59,007 bases of DNA from Comamonas sp. lk (GCA_943327245.2 CALPWK020000001.1:1-59007); one strand, 5' to 3'. Positions 20,370 to 30,067 are shown, counted from the stretch's first letter. A program made the numbers and translations. Notes: generated by a model not told the origin, from the letters alone.

Positions 20370-20438
20370 GCTGTTTAAAACAGGAACCGATGCAGCAATT
20401 GCATGAGTCAATAAGATATGTAAGGTTTCCTGTTTCAT
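20319..20438 (-). CDS. Putative arg operon leader peptide, 39 aa: MKQETLHILLTHAIAASVPVLNSPIRLPQLGRSFYRRGF
   Basis: ATG 20438 after A-rich AGGAAATTATAA; stop TGA 20321-20319; four Arg codons (AGG, AGA, CGA, CGT) in the last 14 codons; below the ORF-track cutoff. Confidence 0.65.
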   Translation of the reverse strand: MKQETLHILLTHAIAASVPVLNSPIRLPQLGRSFYRRGF

Positions 20439-20629
20439 TTATAATTTCCTGTTGAGGAATGAGATCCTAAAAGTAGGCAATTAAATAGACAAATTTGGTC
20501 TATTTGAACCTATAATTTGACTTCAAGGAGAAATGTATTGGCCAAAAGGGGAGAAAATAATGAGTGTTAGTTTTATTTAAGGCTAATGAATCGTAATATT
20601 GTATCCAACTCAACCATAACAACTGCCAT

Positions 20630-20947
20630 ATGAGAAAATTATTCATTTTTACCTTTAGCACTTTCAGTGTATTATTTTTAGCCGCTTGTGGAACTAGTGC
20701 CACAGAACAAAAAGCAGCCACTGCGACTACAGATACTGTGGTTAGTATGATTGATTCTACCGAAAAAACATATGATGTCAAATTAGTAGATAATAAAAAA
20801 GATCCTACTTGTGGCATGCCAGTAACTGCAGGAATTAGCGACACCGCCCATTATGAAAATAAGGTTTTAGGATTTTGTTCAACTGAATGTAAGAATGAAT
20901 TTCTGAAAAATCCAAAAGCAAATATTGCAGCTGCTGAACTAAAATAA
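20630..20947 (+). CDS. YHS-domain lipoprotein (putative metal-binding)
   Basis: Lipobox LAAC; KDPTCGM...GFCSTECKNEF YHS signature. Confidence 0.85.
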   Translation: MRKLFIFTFSTFSVLFLAACGTSATEQKAATATTDTVVSMIDSTEKTYDVKLVDNKKDPTCGMPVTAGISDTAHYENKVLGFCSTECKNEFLKNPKANIAAAELK

Positions 20948-21021
20948 AAAATAAGCTAGTTTCATAAAACAAATATGCTTGATGAAAAGTGACTTCACTT
21001 TCAAAAAATATAGGTTTACAC

Positions 21022-21053
21022 AAAAAAGAGTTCCCATTTAGGAACTCTTTTTT
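21022..21053. terminator. Bidirectional intrinsic terminator between YHS gene and SNF2 gene
   Basis: AAAAAAGAGTTCC-cattta-GGAACTCTTTTTT between convergent genes. Confidence 0.85.
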
Positions 21054-21077
21054 ATAGTCAAATTTTTTCTTTACTGA

Positions 21078-24000
21078 CTAACTAAACAGATAATTAATAT
21101 CTTCTTTAGTCAATGATTTTACAAAACCATCCTCGTCTGAAATTAGGTCTTTGGCTAAAGATCGTTTACGGTCTTGTAGTTTTAAGATTTTATCTTCGAC
21201 TGTGTCATTACAAATCATTCGATAGGCAAAAATATTTTTAGTTTGACCAATACGGTGCGTTCTGTCAATAGCTTGTTGCTCTACAGCTGGGTTCCACCAT
21301 GGGTCTACAATGTATACATAGTCTGCGGCTGTCAAGTTTAATCCAACTCCTCCTGCTTTTAGTGAGATTAAAAACACACGACAACTTGATTCATTTTGGA
21401 AACGCTCAATAGCACGTTCTCTTTCTTGAATAGTACTTCCACCGTCAAAATATTCATATTCAATTCCTAAACGAGTTAACTCTGCTCTAATCAAACCAAG
21501 CATTCCTAAGAATTGAGAGAATACTAATGCTTTATGATCACCAATATTTTCTGTAATCTCTCTTACCAACTCAGTTAACTTAACCGATTCGTTTGGATAA
21601 GCCTCGTCTTTTAGAATTGCAGGGCTATCACAAATTTGACGAAGTTTCATTAATCCTTGTAATATTGATAACTGAGATTTTTGAATTCCTTTCTCTTCTA
21701 CCATACCAATTAACTTATCACGATAGTCGTTTCGATAAGCTTCATATATTTTTCTTTGTGCATCTCCCATTTCACAATACAATACCATTTCTTGTTTCTC
21801 TGGCAAGTCTTTTGCAACCTGCTCTTTGGTTCTTCTTAATATGAAAGGGAATACAAATTTTCGTAAATGTTCTTTTTGCTCTTTCTCGTCAAACTTATCA
21901 ATAGGCATAGAAAAATTATGTTTAAAGAACTCTACCGACCCAAGCATACCTGGATTCAAAAAGTTCATTTGAGCATAAATATCAAATGTATTATTCTGCA
22001 GCGGAGTTCCACTCAAGCATAATCGGTTTGTTGCCTTTAATAAACCAGCTGCTTTGGTAACTTTACTTGCAGGGTTCTTAATTGCTTGGCTTTCATCTAG
22101 AATCACATAATCAAAATTGATCTCAGAGAACATTTTGATATCACTTCTTAAAGTACCATAAGTAGTTATAATAACTTCTACCTGTCCGTCCCCTAAATTC
22201 TTTTTAATTCTTGAACCACCATGATGTATTTGGAAAGTCAAAGTTGGTGTGAATTTTTTTAATTCATTCTGCCAGTTAAATAACAAAGTAGTAGGACAAA
22301 CAACCAATGCTAATAATTTGCCATTCTTCTCTTTTAAATGTTGAAGGAATGACAAGGTTTGAATGGTTTTACCCAATCCCATATCATCCGCTAATATACC
22401 ACCCCATTGAACTTCATTCAAATAATTCAACCACTGAAAACCACTTACTTGATAAGGTCTTAAAATAGGTGACAAATGAGCAGGAGGATCAATATTTGAA
22501 ATGGTATATTTTTCTCTAATATTTTCGTACTTGCCTTCTAATTGAAATATTAATTCTTCTTCATCTCTTTGTTGATACAATTCATCTAATACAGAAAAGT
22601 GATACTTACTTAATTTCAAAGTATCTGTTTGACCATCCCCTACTTTAAATAATAAAGAATATTTATTTAACCAAGCTTCTGGCAAAACTCCTAAGCTTCC
22701 ATCCTTTAAAGGAATAAACTGTTGTTTATTAGTCAACATATTTTTGATGTCCTGGATACTAACTTTTTGATCTCCGAAAGAAATATCTACTTTAGCATCA
22801 AACCAGTCCGTGTTACTGCTAATATATAATCTTGTTGCAGGCTTAGCCGTATTGAATTTAAATTGCTTTAAGTATTCAGTTCCGAACAAAGGAATTTGAC
22901 GCTCTTTTAAAGTATCAATGAATAAGAAAAACCAGTTATTCTTTAATACCTCCGCTCCTTTTAATGCCAATACATTCCCTTCATTAGGTCTTATAAAGCC
23001 CGAATGTAACTGTTCTATTACATTCATCAATTGTCTTTCACTTGCCAAGTCTCTTTCTAACACTATGATCTTATCTCCTACTTGTTGAATTACATAAGGT
23101 TTATCGTCCTTGTTTACAATTATATCATTGTAAACAAATAAAGGTTCAAAGAATAAATAATCATTATTCTCTTTCAAGAAAATTTGTAAAGTTGGTGTAA
23201 CTCCCTTGATTTTTTCTTGTAAAATTTGATCAAACTCTACTGCATATTTTTTTGCAATGGGCAGCATAGTTGTCTGCAAATATTTAGGCCAGTCTGAAAA
23301 AGACACTTCATGAAAACCTTGTGGCATAAATTTTTCCACCCAATTCAAGTCCTCTGCATTTTTCCAAGCAAAAAACTGATGTTGATGTTGGAAAAGAAAA
23401 TGAGACTTTGCGTGATTGTCCTCAATGGCAACTTGACCATTAGGTAAAATTACTTGAGCGTAAACAATATACTTACCGTCTGCCTTTTCAACTTTAAAGC
23501 TAGGCTGTATAGTAGTATACACTAAGTCCGCTTTTTGGATATTAGCAGTAGTGAAAGGTTTGTTATGCGGAATAAAGAAATTGAAAGGATGTTCAGAAAG
23601 ATCCTTCCAAACTTTGTCAATTTTAGGATGTAAATATTCTTGAATTAATTCTTTTGTTTCGTCAGGTAAACTTGCTTCGTCTGTATGTACAATAGTATCC
23701 CAAATTCCTTGGAAAGGAGAATTCTTATTCAGGAACTTAGTCATTTCAGCGGGCTGTAACTTTCTAATTAATTGTAATAAAATTTTATCCTCTTCATTGA
23801 TTACATTAGGAATTACAAATTTCATAATATCCACTTTCTCCACTTTGCTCACAAATGCAGTGCCTTCGTCATTTACTTCCCCCTTAATTACATTAAAACT
23901 AATATAAGGATACGCTGTAGGATGATGTTGCATAACTAATCCAAATCGCTCTGTAATTTTAGTCACTTCTTCCTCTTCGTCGTCATCCATTACATCTGGT

Positions 24001-24890
24001 AATGGCAGTGGACGCATAGATATTTTCCTTTTCACAAGCTCCGCTGCAGGCTGATCATATTTGTCAGAATACTTACTAGTATTGGCCCCCGAGCCGTCTA
24101 CCTTTTGAATAGAAGCATCTAAAACCTTTAAATAAGGCTTCCCTTCATGGTAGGTAAATTCAAATTTATTCTTAAGATTGTCTTGTAATGAATAACCATA
24201 TAAAGACAATAATTTATTCTTTTCTCTATCCCAATTACGAATAGTTTCAAAATAGTCAGACCCTTTAAGTTGAAATAATTGTAATAATAAAACAGTCTTA
24301 TGTAAACAAAGTGGATACTCCGTTTCCGTTAAACAATCACAAGAAGTATCAAAGAAACGTTCCTCATTTTTTTGAATAATAATATGATTTGTTTTTCCAT
24401 TTTCATCCATCTCCGCAACTACTTTTTCATTTTCACTAAAAGTGATATGAGGACGAATAGTTTTTAAAGTTTCTTCGGCTTTTTCAAAAGTGAATTTCGA
24501 ACAAAGCATACGTATGGTCTTTAGATCTAATATTTTTGCTCTTAATAAAGTATGGGTAGTTTTATAGGAAGCTGCTTGATAGTCTAATAAGTTTTTATCT
24601 AATAAGTCTTGAATGAAAAATAAAGCCGCAGCTTTATGTCTACATACTTCGGACAAATTATAAGGACAGCCACACCTCAAGGAGAGGGTAGCAGCGTTCG
24701 TGAAATTATCAATGGTCACTTTATAATAGGTGCTATATCCATCGTCTTTTACACGACAATGTATGCTTCCAATTAAAGGATCAAATTTTACGAGTTCAAT
24801 ATTTTTAAGCGCGAAAATGCGTTTACCCCTGCGGATAACCTCTTCGGTGCCATAACTGTAAATGTGTTTAACTAAATAGGGTAATGCCAT
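21078..24890 (-). CDS. SWIM zinc-finger SNF2-family helicase/ATPase
   Basis: Two CxC..CxH SWIM motifs; DDMGLGKT, DESQ, SGTPLQN, QAIDRTHRIGQ. Confidence 0.93.
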   Translation of the reverse strand: MALPYLVKHIYSYGTEEVIRRGKRIFALKNIELVKFDPLIGSIHCRVKDDGYSTYYKVTIDNFTNAATLSLRCGCPYNLSEVCRHKAAALFFIQDLLDKNLLDYQAASYKTTHTLLRAKILDLKTIRMLCSKFTFEKAEETLKTIRPHITFSENEKVVAEMDENGKTNHIIIQKNEERFFDTSCDCLTETEYPLCLHKTVLLLQLFQLKGSDYFETIRNWDREKNKLLSLYGYSLQDNLKNKFEFTYHEGKPYLKVLDASIQKVDGSGANTSKYSDKYDQPAAELVKRKISMRPLPLPDVMDDDEEEEVTKITERFGLVMQHHPTAYPYISFNVIKGEVNDEGTAFVSKVEKVDIMKFVIPNVINEEDKILLQLIRKLQPAEMTKFLNKNSPFQGIWDTIVHTDEASLPDETKELIQEYLHPKIDKVWKDLSEHPFNFFIPHNKPFTTANIQKADLVYTTIQPSFKVEKADGKYIVYAQVILPNGQVAIEDNHAKSHFLFQHQHQFFAWKNAEDLNWVEKFMPQGFHEVSFSDWPKYLQTTMLPIAKKYAVEFDQILQEKIKGVTPTLQIFLKENNDYLFFEPLFVYNDIIVNKDDKPYVIQQVGDKIIVLERDLASERQLMNVIEQLHSGFIRPNEGNVLALKGAEVLKNNWFFLFIDTLKERQIPLFGTEYLKQFKFNTAKPATRLYISSNTDWFDAKVDISFGDQKVSIQDIKNMLTNKQQFIPLKDGSLGVLPEAWLNKYSLLFKVGDGQTDTLKLSKYHFSVLDELYQQRDEEELIFQLEGKYENIREKYTISNIDPPAHLSPILRPYQVSGFQWLNYLNEVQWGGILADDMGLGKTIQTLSFLQHLKEKNGKLLALVVCPTTLLFNWQNELKKFTPTLTFQIHHGGSRIKKNLGDGQVEVIITTYGTLRSDIKMFSEINFDYVILDESQAIKNPASKVTKAAGLLKATNRLCLSGTPLQNNTFDIYAQMNFLNPGMLGSVEFFKHNFSMPIDKFDEKEQKEHLRKFVFPFILRRTKEQVAKDLPEKQEMVLYCEMGDAQRKIYEAYRNDYRDKLIGMVEEKGIQKSQLSILQGLMKLRQICDSPAILKDEAYPNESVKLTELVREITENIGDHKALVFSQFLGMLGLIRAELTRLGIEYEYFDGGSTIQERERAIERFQNESSCRVFLISLKAGGVGLNLTAADYVYIVDPWWNPAVEQQAIDRTHRIGQTKNIFAYRMICNDTVEDKILKLQDRKRSLAKDLISDEDGFVKSLTKEDINYLFS

Positions 24891-24950
24891 AATAAATAAG
24901 AATTACCCTTTGAAAAGGGCAATTTGCAAATGTACGGAATTGTGGGCTAT

Positions 24951-25688
24951 TTACATAATCCTATTCACCAAAGACCCATTTTCATAAATGGGTAAAGAAG
25001 GGGCAGTGTCCTGAGAAATACAATATAACATATCCGCTTCTAAGCCATAAGCAGCCAAACGATGCCAATGGGTTACTGTTTTAATGTATTCTGGTAAATT
25101 ATTTTTATGTTGATTATATAACTGATTGGCCATAAAACTACTATCACAATGAATAGTAAATTCGTCTTTAATAGCTTCAATGACCGCACCAGCAAACAAT
25201 GCATCTTCTATATTAAATCTATTTTTCCAACCAGAGCATCCTAAAATAACAGGTGCTTTTTGTTGTTTTAAATACTCCACCACCCTAGTTAAATTAGGGA
25301 AAGAGCCAGTAATTACTTCCTTAGCGCCTTGTTTTAAGGCCATATGTAAAAGTTTGGTACCATTTGTAGTAGTAATAACAAGGGTTTTGTTCTCAATAAA
25401 GGACCTTGGATATTCTGAGGGGGAATTACCATAAGACAACCCTGGAATAATTTTACCGTCTCTTTCCCCTGCAGTAATGCCTCCAGTTTGTTTTCCCATT
25501 TCTATACATTGTTCTGCTGAATCAACTGGAATAATTTTAGTAGCCCCATTATATAAAGCAGTAGCCATTGTAGAGGTAGCTCTAAAAACATCAATGATTA
25601 CTACAATACTATCCTTTACATCGTAAAGGTCTAATAATTGAGGCGTTAAAATTGTATGTAAACTGGGTTTATTGCTTGAAGTACTCAT
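24951..25688 (-). CDS. comB: 2-phosphosulfolactate phosphatase (ComB family)
   Basis: IIDVFRATST, GERDG, GNSP, TTTNGT, ED. Confidence 0.88.
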   Translation of the reverse strand: MSTSSNKPSLHTILTPQLLDLYDVKDSIVVIIDVFRATSTMATALYNGATKIIPVDSAEQCIEMGKQTGGITAGERDGKIIPGLSYGNSPSEYPRSFIENKTLVITTTNGTKLLHMALKQGAKEVITGSFPNLTRVVEYLKQQKAPVILGCSGWKNRFNIEDALFAGAVIEAIKDEFTIHCDSSFMANQLYNQHKNNLPEYIKTVTHWHRLAAYGLEADMLYCISQDTAPSLPIYENGSLVNRIM

Positions 25689-25693
25689 AACTG

Positions 25694-25701
25694 CAAAGAT
25701 A
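25694..25701 (-). promoter_or_regulatory. -7 element TATCTTTG, 5 nt from the comB ATG
   Basis: Minus strand reads TATCTTTG-cagtt-ATG. Confidence 0.7.
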
Positions 25702-25726
25702 CAACTTAGGATAATTTTATACGGAT

Positions 25727-26074
25727 TTAAACCTGCTCTTTTGGTTTGTTTAATAATAAAATTTCTGATACCACAATTTCGGTATTTATTCTTTTTATTA
25801 AGTTCTTGTCGGTATACGATTTATTTACAATACGCCCTTCTATAGCGACTTCCGAGCCTTTAAATAAATACAGTTCTGCGTAATTTGCTAATTTAGACCA
25901 AGCCACTAAATTAAACCATTGTGTTTCGTCAATCCACTCTCCTTTGGCATTTTTGTAACGGTCATTTACTGCAATACTTAAATTGGCCAACTTCTTGTTC
26001 TCATCATACAATTTGATTTCAGGAGCGGCACCTAAATGACCAATTAATTGCACTTTGTTTTTAATTGCTTTCAT
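25727..26074 (-). CDS. ssb: Single-stranded DNA-binding protein lacking the acidic C-terminal tail
   Basis: NKVQLIGHLG..PE, ETQWFNLVAW, KGSEVAIEGR; start re-called at ATG 26074. Confidence 0.88.
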   Translation of the reverse strand: MKAIKNKVQLIGHLGAAPEIKLYDENKKLANLSIAVNDRYKNAKGEWIDETQWFNLVAWSKLANYAELYLFKGSEVAIEGRIVNKSYTDKNLIKRINTEIVVSEILLLNKPKEQV

Positions 26075-26142
26075 AGATTTATTTTTTGTTGAATACAAAA
26101 ATGCATCTAGTTCAAACATTATTTTCAAGTGTTTATTCCATT

Positions 26143-26165
26143 AAAAAGGGGCTCGAAAGCCCCTT
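26143..26165 (-). terminator. Intrinsic terminator after gcvT
   Basis: Minus strand AAGGGGC-tttcga-GCCCCTTTTT. Confidence 0.8.
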
Positions 26166-26192
26166 GTATAATACCAAAATAAAATGATTATT

Positions 26193-27290
26193 TTATTTGA
26201 AAGGGAATTTTACCACTTTCGCTTTTACTAAAACATTTCTAATATCAATAAATATTTCTGAGCCTAATTTAGCATGTTCAGTGGCTACATATCCCATTCC
26301 TATTGCTTTTCCTAATGTTGGCCCTTGTGTACCTGAAGTTACAGCTCCTATTTCTTTACCAGCTGCGTCTTTGATCACATAATAGTGACGAGGTATTCCG
26401 CGGTCTATCATTTCGAATCCAACCAATTTTTTTGCAACCCCATTTTCTTTTTGTGCTTTTAAGAAAGCTGAATTAGTAAATTCTTTTGTAAACTTAGTAA
26501 TCCATCCAAGGCCTGCTTCAATTGGACTAGTCGTGTCGTCAATATCATTTCCATATAAACAGAAACCCATTTCTAATCTTAATGTATCTCTAGCACCCAA
26601 ACCAATAGGTTTAATTCCAAATTCAGCACCTGCCTCAAATAAAGCATCCCAAACTTTTGTTGCATTATCATTTTCATCTTCAAAATAAATTTCTACTCCG
26701 CCCGACCCAGTATATCCAGTGGCACTCACTAAAACATTGTCAATGTCTAATAATTTTCCTTTTGTAAAACTATAGTAAGGCATATTTAATACATCCATCT
26801 GTGTTAATTTTTGAACAATTTGAGTTGCTTTAGGTCCTTGAACTGCAAGTAATGCGGTCCTTGGACTAATATTATGCATCTCAACACCCTTCGTATTATA
26901 ACTACTAATCCAATTCCAATCTTTTTCGATGTTAGAAGCATTCACCACTAACATGTAAACTTTATTTTTTTCAACACAATACACCAATAAGTCGTCTACA
27001 ATTCCACCATTTGTATTTGGCAAGCAACTGTATTGTGCTTTACCGTCTTCTAAAACGGAAGCATCATTCGAAGTGACTCTTTGAATTAAATCCAATGCTT
27101 CTGACCCTTTTAAAATGAACTCTCCCATATGGCTTACATCAAATACTCCAGCATTGTTGCGCACAGCAGCATGCTCGTCGTTTATGCCAGTATAGCTAAT
27201 TGGCATATTATAACCTGCAAATGGAGCCATTTTAGCACCTAGTGCAATATGCTTAGCTGTAAAAGGGGTATTTAATACTTCACTCATCAT
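26193..27290 (-). CDS. gcvT: Glycine cleavage system aminomethyltransferase T
   Basis: [24 protein letters not shown]. Confidence 0.97.
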   Translation of the reverse strand: MMSEVLNTPFTAKHIALGAKMAPFAGYNMPISYTGINDEHAAVRNNAGVFDVSHMGEFILKGSEALDLIQRVTSNDASVLEDGKAQYSCLPNTNGGIVDDLLVYCVEKNKVYMLVVNASNIEKDWNWISSYNTKGVEMHNISPRTALLAVQGPKATQIVQKLTQMDVLNMPYYSFTKGKLLDIDNVLVSATGYTGSGGVEIYFEDENDNATKVWDALFEAGAEFGIKPIGLGARDTLRLEMGFCLYGNDIDDTTSPIEAGLGWITKFTKEFTNSAFLKAQKENGVAKKLVGFEMIDRGIPRHYYVIKDAAGKEIGAVTSGTQGPTLGKAIGMGYVATEHAKLGSEIFIDIRNVLVKAKVVKFPFK

Positions 27291-27314
27291 TTTTAATTTT
27301 GCTCAAAGGTAAAT

Positions 27315-27349
27315 AAAAGAGCCCCTTCTTTTACAGAAAGGGCTCTTTT
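27315..27349 (-). terminator. Intrinsic terminator after the PspC-domain gene (abuts gcvT -7 element TACCTTTG at 27311-27304)
   Basis: AAAAGAGCCC...GGGCTCTTTT inverted repeat. Confidence 0.75.
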
Positions 27350-27394
27350 GTTCATAAAATAATATTCAACTTAAAATGTGATTTAAAATTAGAT

Positions 27395-29656
27395 CTAGTA
27401 AATAAATCTTTCAAGTACCCAATGCAAATCTCCTAATTTAGAAACTGCATCTGGCAACTGAGCTATAGTAGACTTCTTGGCCACTTCTGCACTAATTTTT
27501 TCGGTAGCTTTTTCAGATGCCTTGTTTTTTAATGCACGATCGATTTTGTCTAGCTCTTTTTGCTTTTCTTCTCTTGACTTATTCAAATTGTTTTCCAATT
27601 GTTCTCTTTCTCTCTTAAGTTCTTCCAATCTTGATTCCATCTCAGAAGGACTGTCGTCATTATCTTGCTGTATAGCATCGTCGTCACGTTTGATTTTTTC
27701 TAAACCGGTAGTCGTCATTCTATATTCCACCCCTCTTTCAAAAGAATAAGATTCATTATCCCAATTTTCATCCCATTCGTCTACCCAATTGTCTCTTCCT
27801 ATATTATCAATGGTTTCAGCTTGTATCCCACGATGATTAACTTTAACATTAATATTAGTTTGAGACCAACCCTTATTAGTGATTTTAATGCGCTTCCCAA
27901 TAGGCACAGCAATAGTCATGATAATATGTTGATTTCTAAACTTATCCTGCTTAGTAATTGCAATACCTCTGTCCAAGAATATTAAACTGTCTTGTTGCGT
28001 AATACCGAAATTGATTTTTTTGGCTAAAGCATTTGCTTCATTCACTGTTTTACCATTACTCATGGTAACATATTTTACTTCAAAACTATCGGTCTTAGAT
28101 TGTACAATTCGAATTTTTAAATTTCGAACATACTGAGTGTCTTCATCATAAAAATTAAATGGTTCTATATGAAACCATTTTTCTTCATAATATTTCATTT
28201 TAGGCTTAGCTGTTACTTCTAAGAAGTCAACACCCGGTTTGTTTAACGAAATGGTAGATTCAGTTGGTTGATTGTGTTTAGAAAAGCTATTACCGATGCT
28301 ACTAATAAAGTAGAAAAAACAAATCCAACCCAACACCCACAAGGCAATAAAGCTTGACCTAACCCAAATATTAGATTTTTTAAATCCTGCAAGTTTTCTA
28401 ATTATAGCAGATACAATTCCAATAACAGGCACCCAAATAAAGAAAATAATGGTGCCAATAAATGCAGCAGTTTGTATACCTTCTTCTAAAATGAATTTCT
28501 TCAATGGTAACAATCCTGTTGTTGCAACCCCTATTCCAAATAAAGCGGCTAATAAGGATATAAGTATAATACCTAAAACAAAATAAACAAACACTTTAAT
28601 GGTAATGGTAATAGCTCTTCCAACAAAATGTAAACAACCCTTGTTTTTTTCTGATGATCCACTGTATTGTTCATAATGTGAGTCATTATTATCTTCACGC
28701 TTCTCATTAGCGTCCTGCTTCTTCTTATAAAATTCACTACCCCAAGTTTGCGCTCTTTTACTAAATCCTTCCATATCATTTTGAATGGTATTTTTGATAC
28801 TATTCAGATCCACTTTCTCTCCTACCATTTCTAGTTTATCTGCACTAGTCTTAGCTTCTGGCAAAACCAACCATAAAATAATGTATACAAAAATGGCGCC
28901 TGGACTAAAAGTGAGATCTAAAAAATTAGGGAAATCGGGGAACTCCCAAAATTGAAATAAATGTACATGTCTAAAATTAATCACGAATCTAATAAATGGA
29001 ATCAAAAATAAAATTCTAATAATCCAAACTTGAAGTCCAAAGTATTTTGAAAGTCCAGCACAAACTCCTCCAATCAATTTATTATCAACGTCTCTAAATA
29101 AACGTTTTTTAGGCCCCCCTACTTCTTTCACAGAAGAACTTGGAACTGCTATCCACAAAATCAAATATCCTAAAATGTTAATCCCAATTAAGAATATCCA
29201 AAGAATCCTTACCACTAGTGGGTCAATATTAAAATAGTTAGCTATACCACTACATACGCCACCTAACACCTTGTTTTTTTCATCACGAAATAAACGTTTT
29301 TGATGCGTAGCTGACCATTCATTGCCATCTGTATTCGTTTTGCCATTACTAGCATTATTGTCAGTAGCAGTCGTACTTGCCTCAAACCCATCCTGTGCTT
29401 CAAAATCGGCAGGACGTCCAATACTTGCTATAATTGAATTGATAGCAGATTGATCAATGCAAACAGCTCCTTTTTTTAATAGGTCTTCACATAATTCAGC
29501 AATACGACATTCAATGTCATTAATGATTTCATCACGTCCTTCTTCATTTTGAAAGTAAGTGCGTAGGCTTTCAATATATTGTTTCAACATTTCGTAGGCT
29601 AACTCTTCTATTGGAAGAATACGTCCTTGAAAATTGATATTAATTACTTTGTTCAT
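27395..29656 (-). CDS. PspC-domain envelope-stress membrane protein (two PspC domains, TM segments, C-terminal coiled coil)
   Basis: Two RLFRD..NK..GGVC.G motifs; MNKVININ N-terminus; downstream of padR. Confidence 0.88.
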   Translation of the reverse strand: MNKVININFQGRILPIEELAYEMLKQYIESLRTYFQNEEGRDEIINDIECRIAELCEDLLKKGAVCIDQSAINSIIASIGRPADFEAQDGFEASTTATDNNASNGKTNTDGNEWSATHQKRLFRDEKNKVLGGVCSGIANYFNIDPLVVRILWIFLIGINILGYLILWIAVPSSSVKEVGGPKKRLFRDVDNKLIGGVCAGLSKYFGLQVWIIRILFLIPFIRFVINFRHVHLFQFWEFPDFPNFLDLTFSPGAIFVYIILWLVLPEAKTSADKLEMVGEKVDLNSIKNTIQNDMEGFSKRAQTWGSEFYKKKQDANEKREDNNDSHYEQYSGSSEKNKGCLHFVGRAITITIKVFVYFVLGIILISLLAALFGIGVATTGLLPLKKFILEEGIQTAAFIGTIIFFIWVPVIGIVSAIIRKLAGFKKSNIWVRSSFIALWVLGWICFFYFISSIGNSFSKHNQPTESTISLNKPGVDFLEVTAKPKMKYYEEKWFHIEPFNFYDEDTQYVRNLKIRIVQSKTDSFEVKYVTMSNGKTVNEANALAKKINFGITQQDSLIFLDRGIAITKQDKFRNQHIIMTIAVPIGKRIKITNKGWSQTNINVKVNHRGIQAETIDNIGRDNWVDEWDENWDNESYSFERGVEYRMTTTGLEKIKRDDDAIQQDNDDSPSEMESRLEELKREREQLENNLNKSREEKQKELDKIDRALKNKASEKATEKISAEVAKKSTIAQLPDAVSKLGDLHWVLERFIY

Positions 29657-29667
29657 AAAATATATAT

Positions 29668-30030
29668 TTAAGAAGCTGGTGCTTCTGATGTAGAAATGGG
29701 GTTATTATTTTGTGTTAACTGATTCACAGCGCCAGCCATGTCATTCCAAGTTTTTAGTAAAACAGCGAATGCTTCATTGCCCGCCTCTGTCATAACAAAA
29801 TATTTTCTTGGGGGGCCACTTACACTTTCCACCCATCTGTAGTTTAATAATCCAGCATTTTTCAATCTTGTCAATAAAGGATATAAGGTTCCTTCTAAAA
29901 TTTGCAAATTGGCCGCTTTCATTTTGTCAACAATATCACTTGGATAAACCTCCCCTTGTTGAATGATGGACAATATGCAAAACTCCAATACGCCCTTGCG
30001 CATTTGACTTTGTGTGTTTTGAATATCCAT
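29668..30030 (-). CDS. PadR family transcriptional regulator
   Basis: QMRKGVLEFCIL, EGTLYPLLTRL, SGPPRKY. Confidence 0.95.
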   Translation of the reverse strand: MDIQNTQSQMRKGVLEFCILSIIQQGEVYPSDIVDKMKAANLQILEGTLYPLLTRLKNAGLLNYRWVESVSGPPRKYFVMTEAGNEAFAVLLKTWNDMAGAVNQLTQNNNPISTSEAPAS

Positions 30031-30067
30031 AACTTTAATTTATAGCACAAAGCTAAGAGAGTTTAAG

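Noticed and set aside
20500-20844. Short antisense ORFs in the track (this one, 52407-52910, 57526-57804, 37902-38270 and similar)
   Set aside because: Shadow ORFs opposite well-supported genes, with no motifs or expression signals
20986-21001. Palindrome AAAGTGA-CT-TCACTTT
   Set aside because: Lies between convergent gene ends with no promoter to control; probably chance or part of a 3' UTR structure
21078-24890. SNF2 helicase as an anti-phage defence system
   Set aside because: SWIM-SNF2 is a widespread housekeeping-type protein; no methylase, nuclease or other defence genes flank it
27291-27394. Glycine riboswitch upstream of gcvT
   Set aside because: The -7 element sits only 13 nt from the start; the hairpin is the upstream gene's terminator, and no GGAGA/GAAG aptamer core is present
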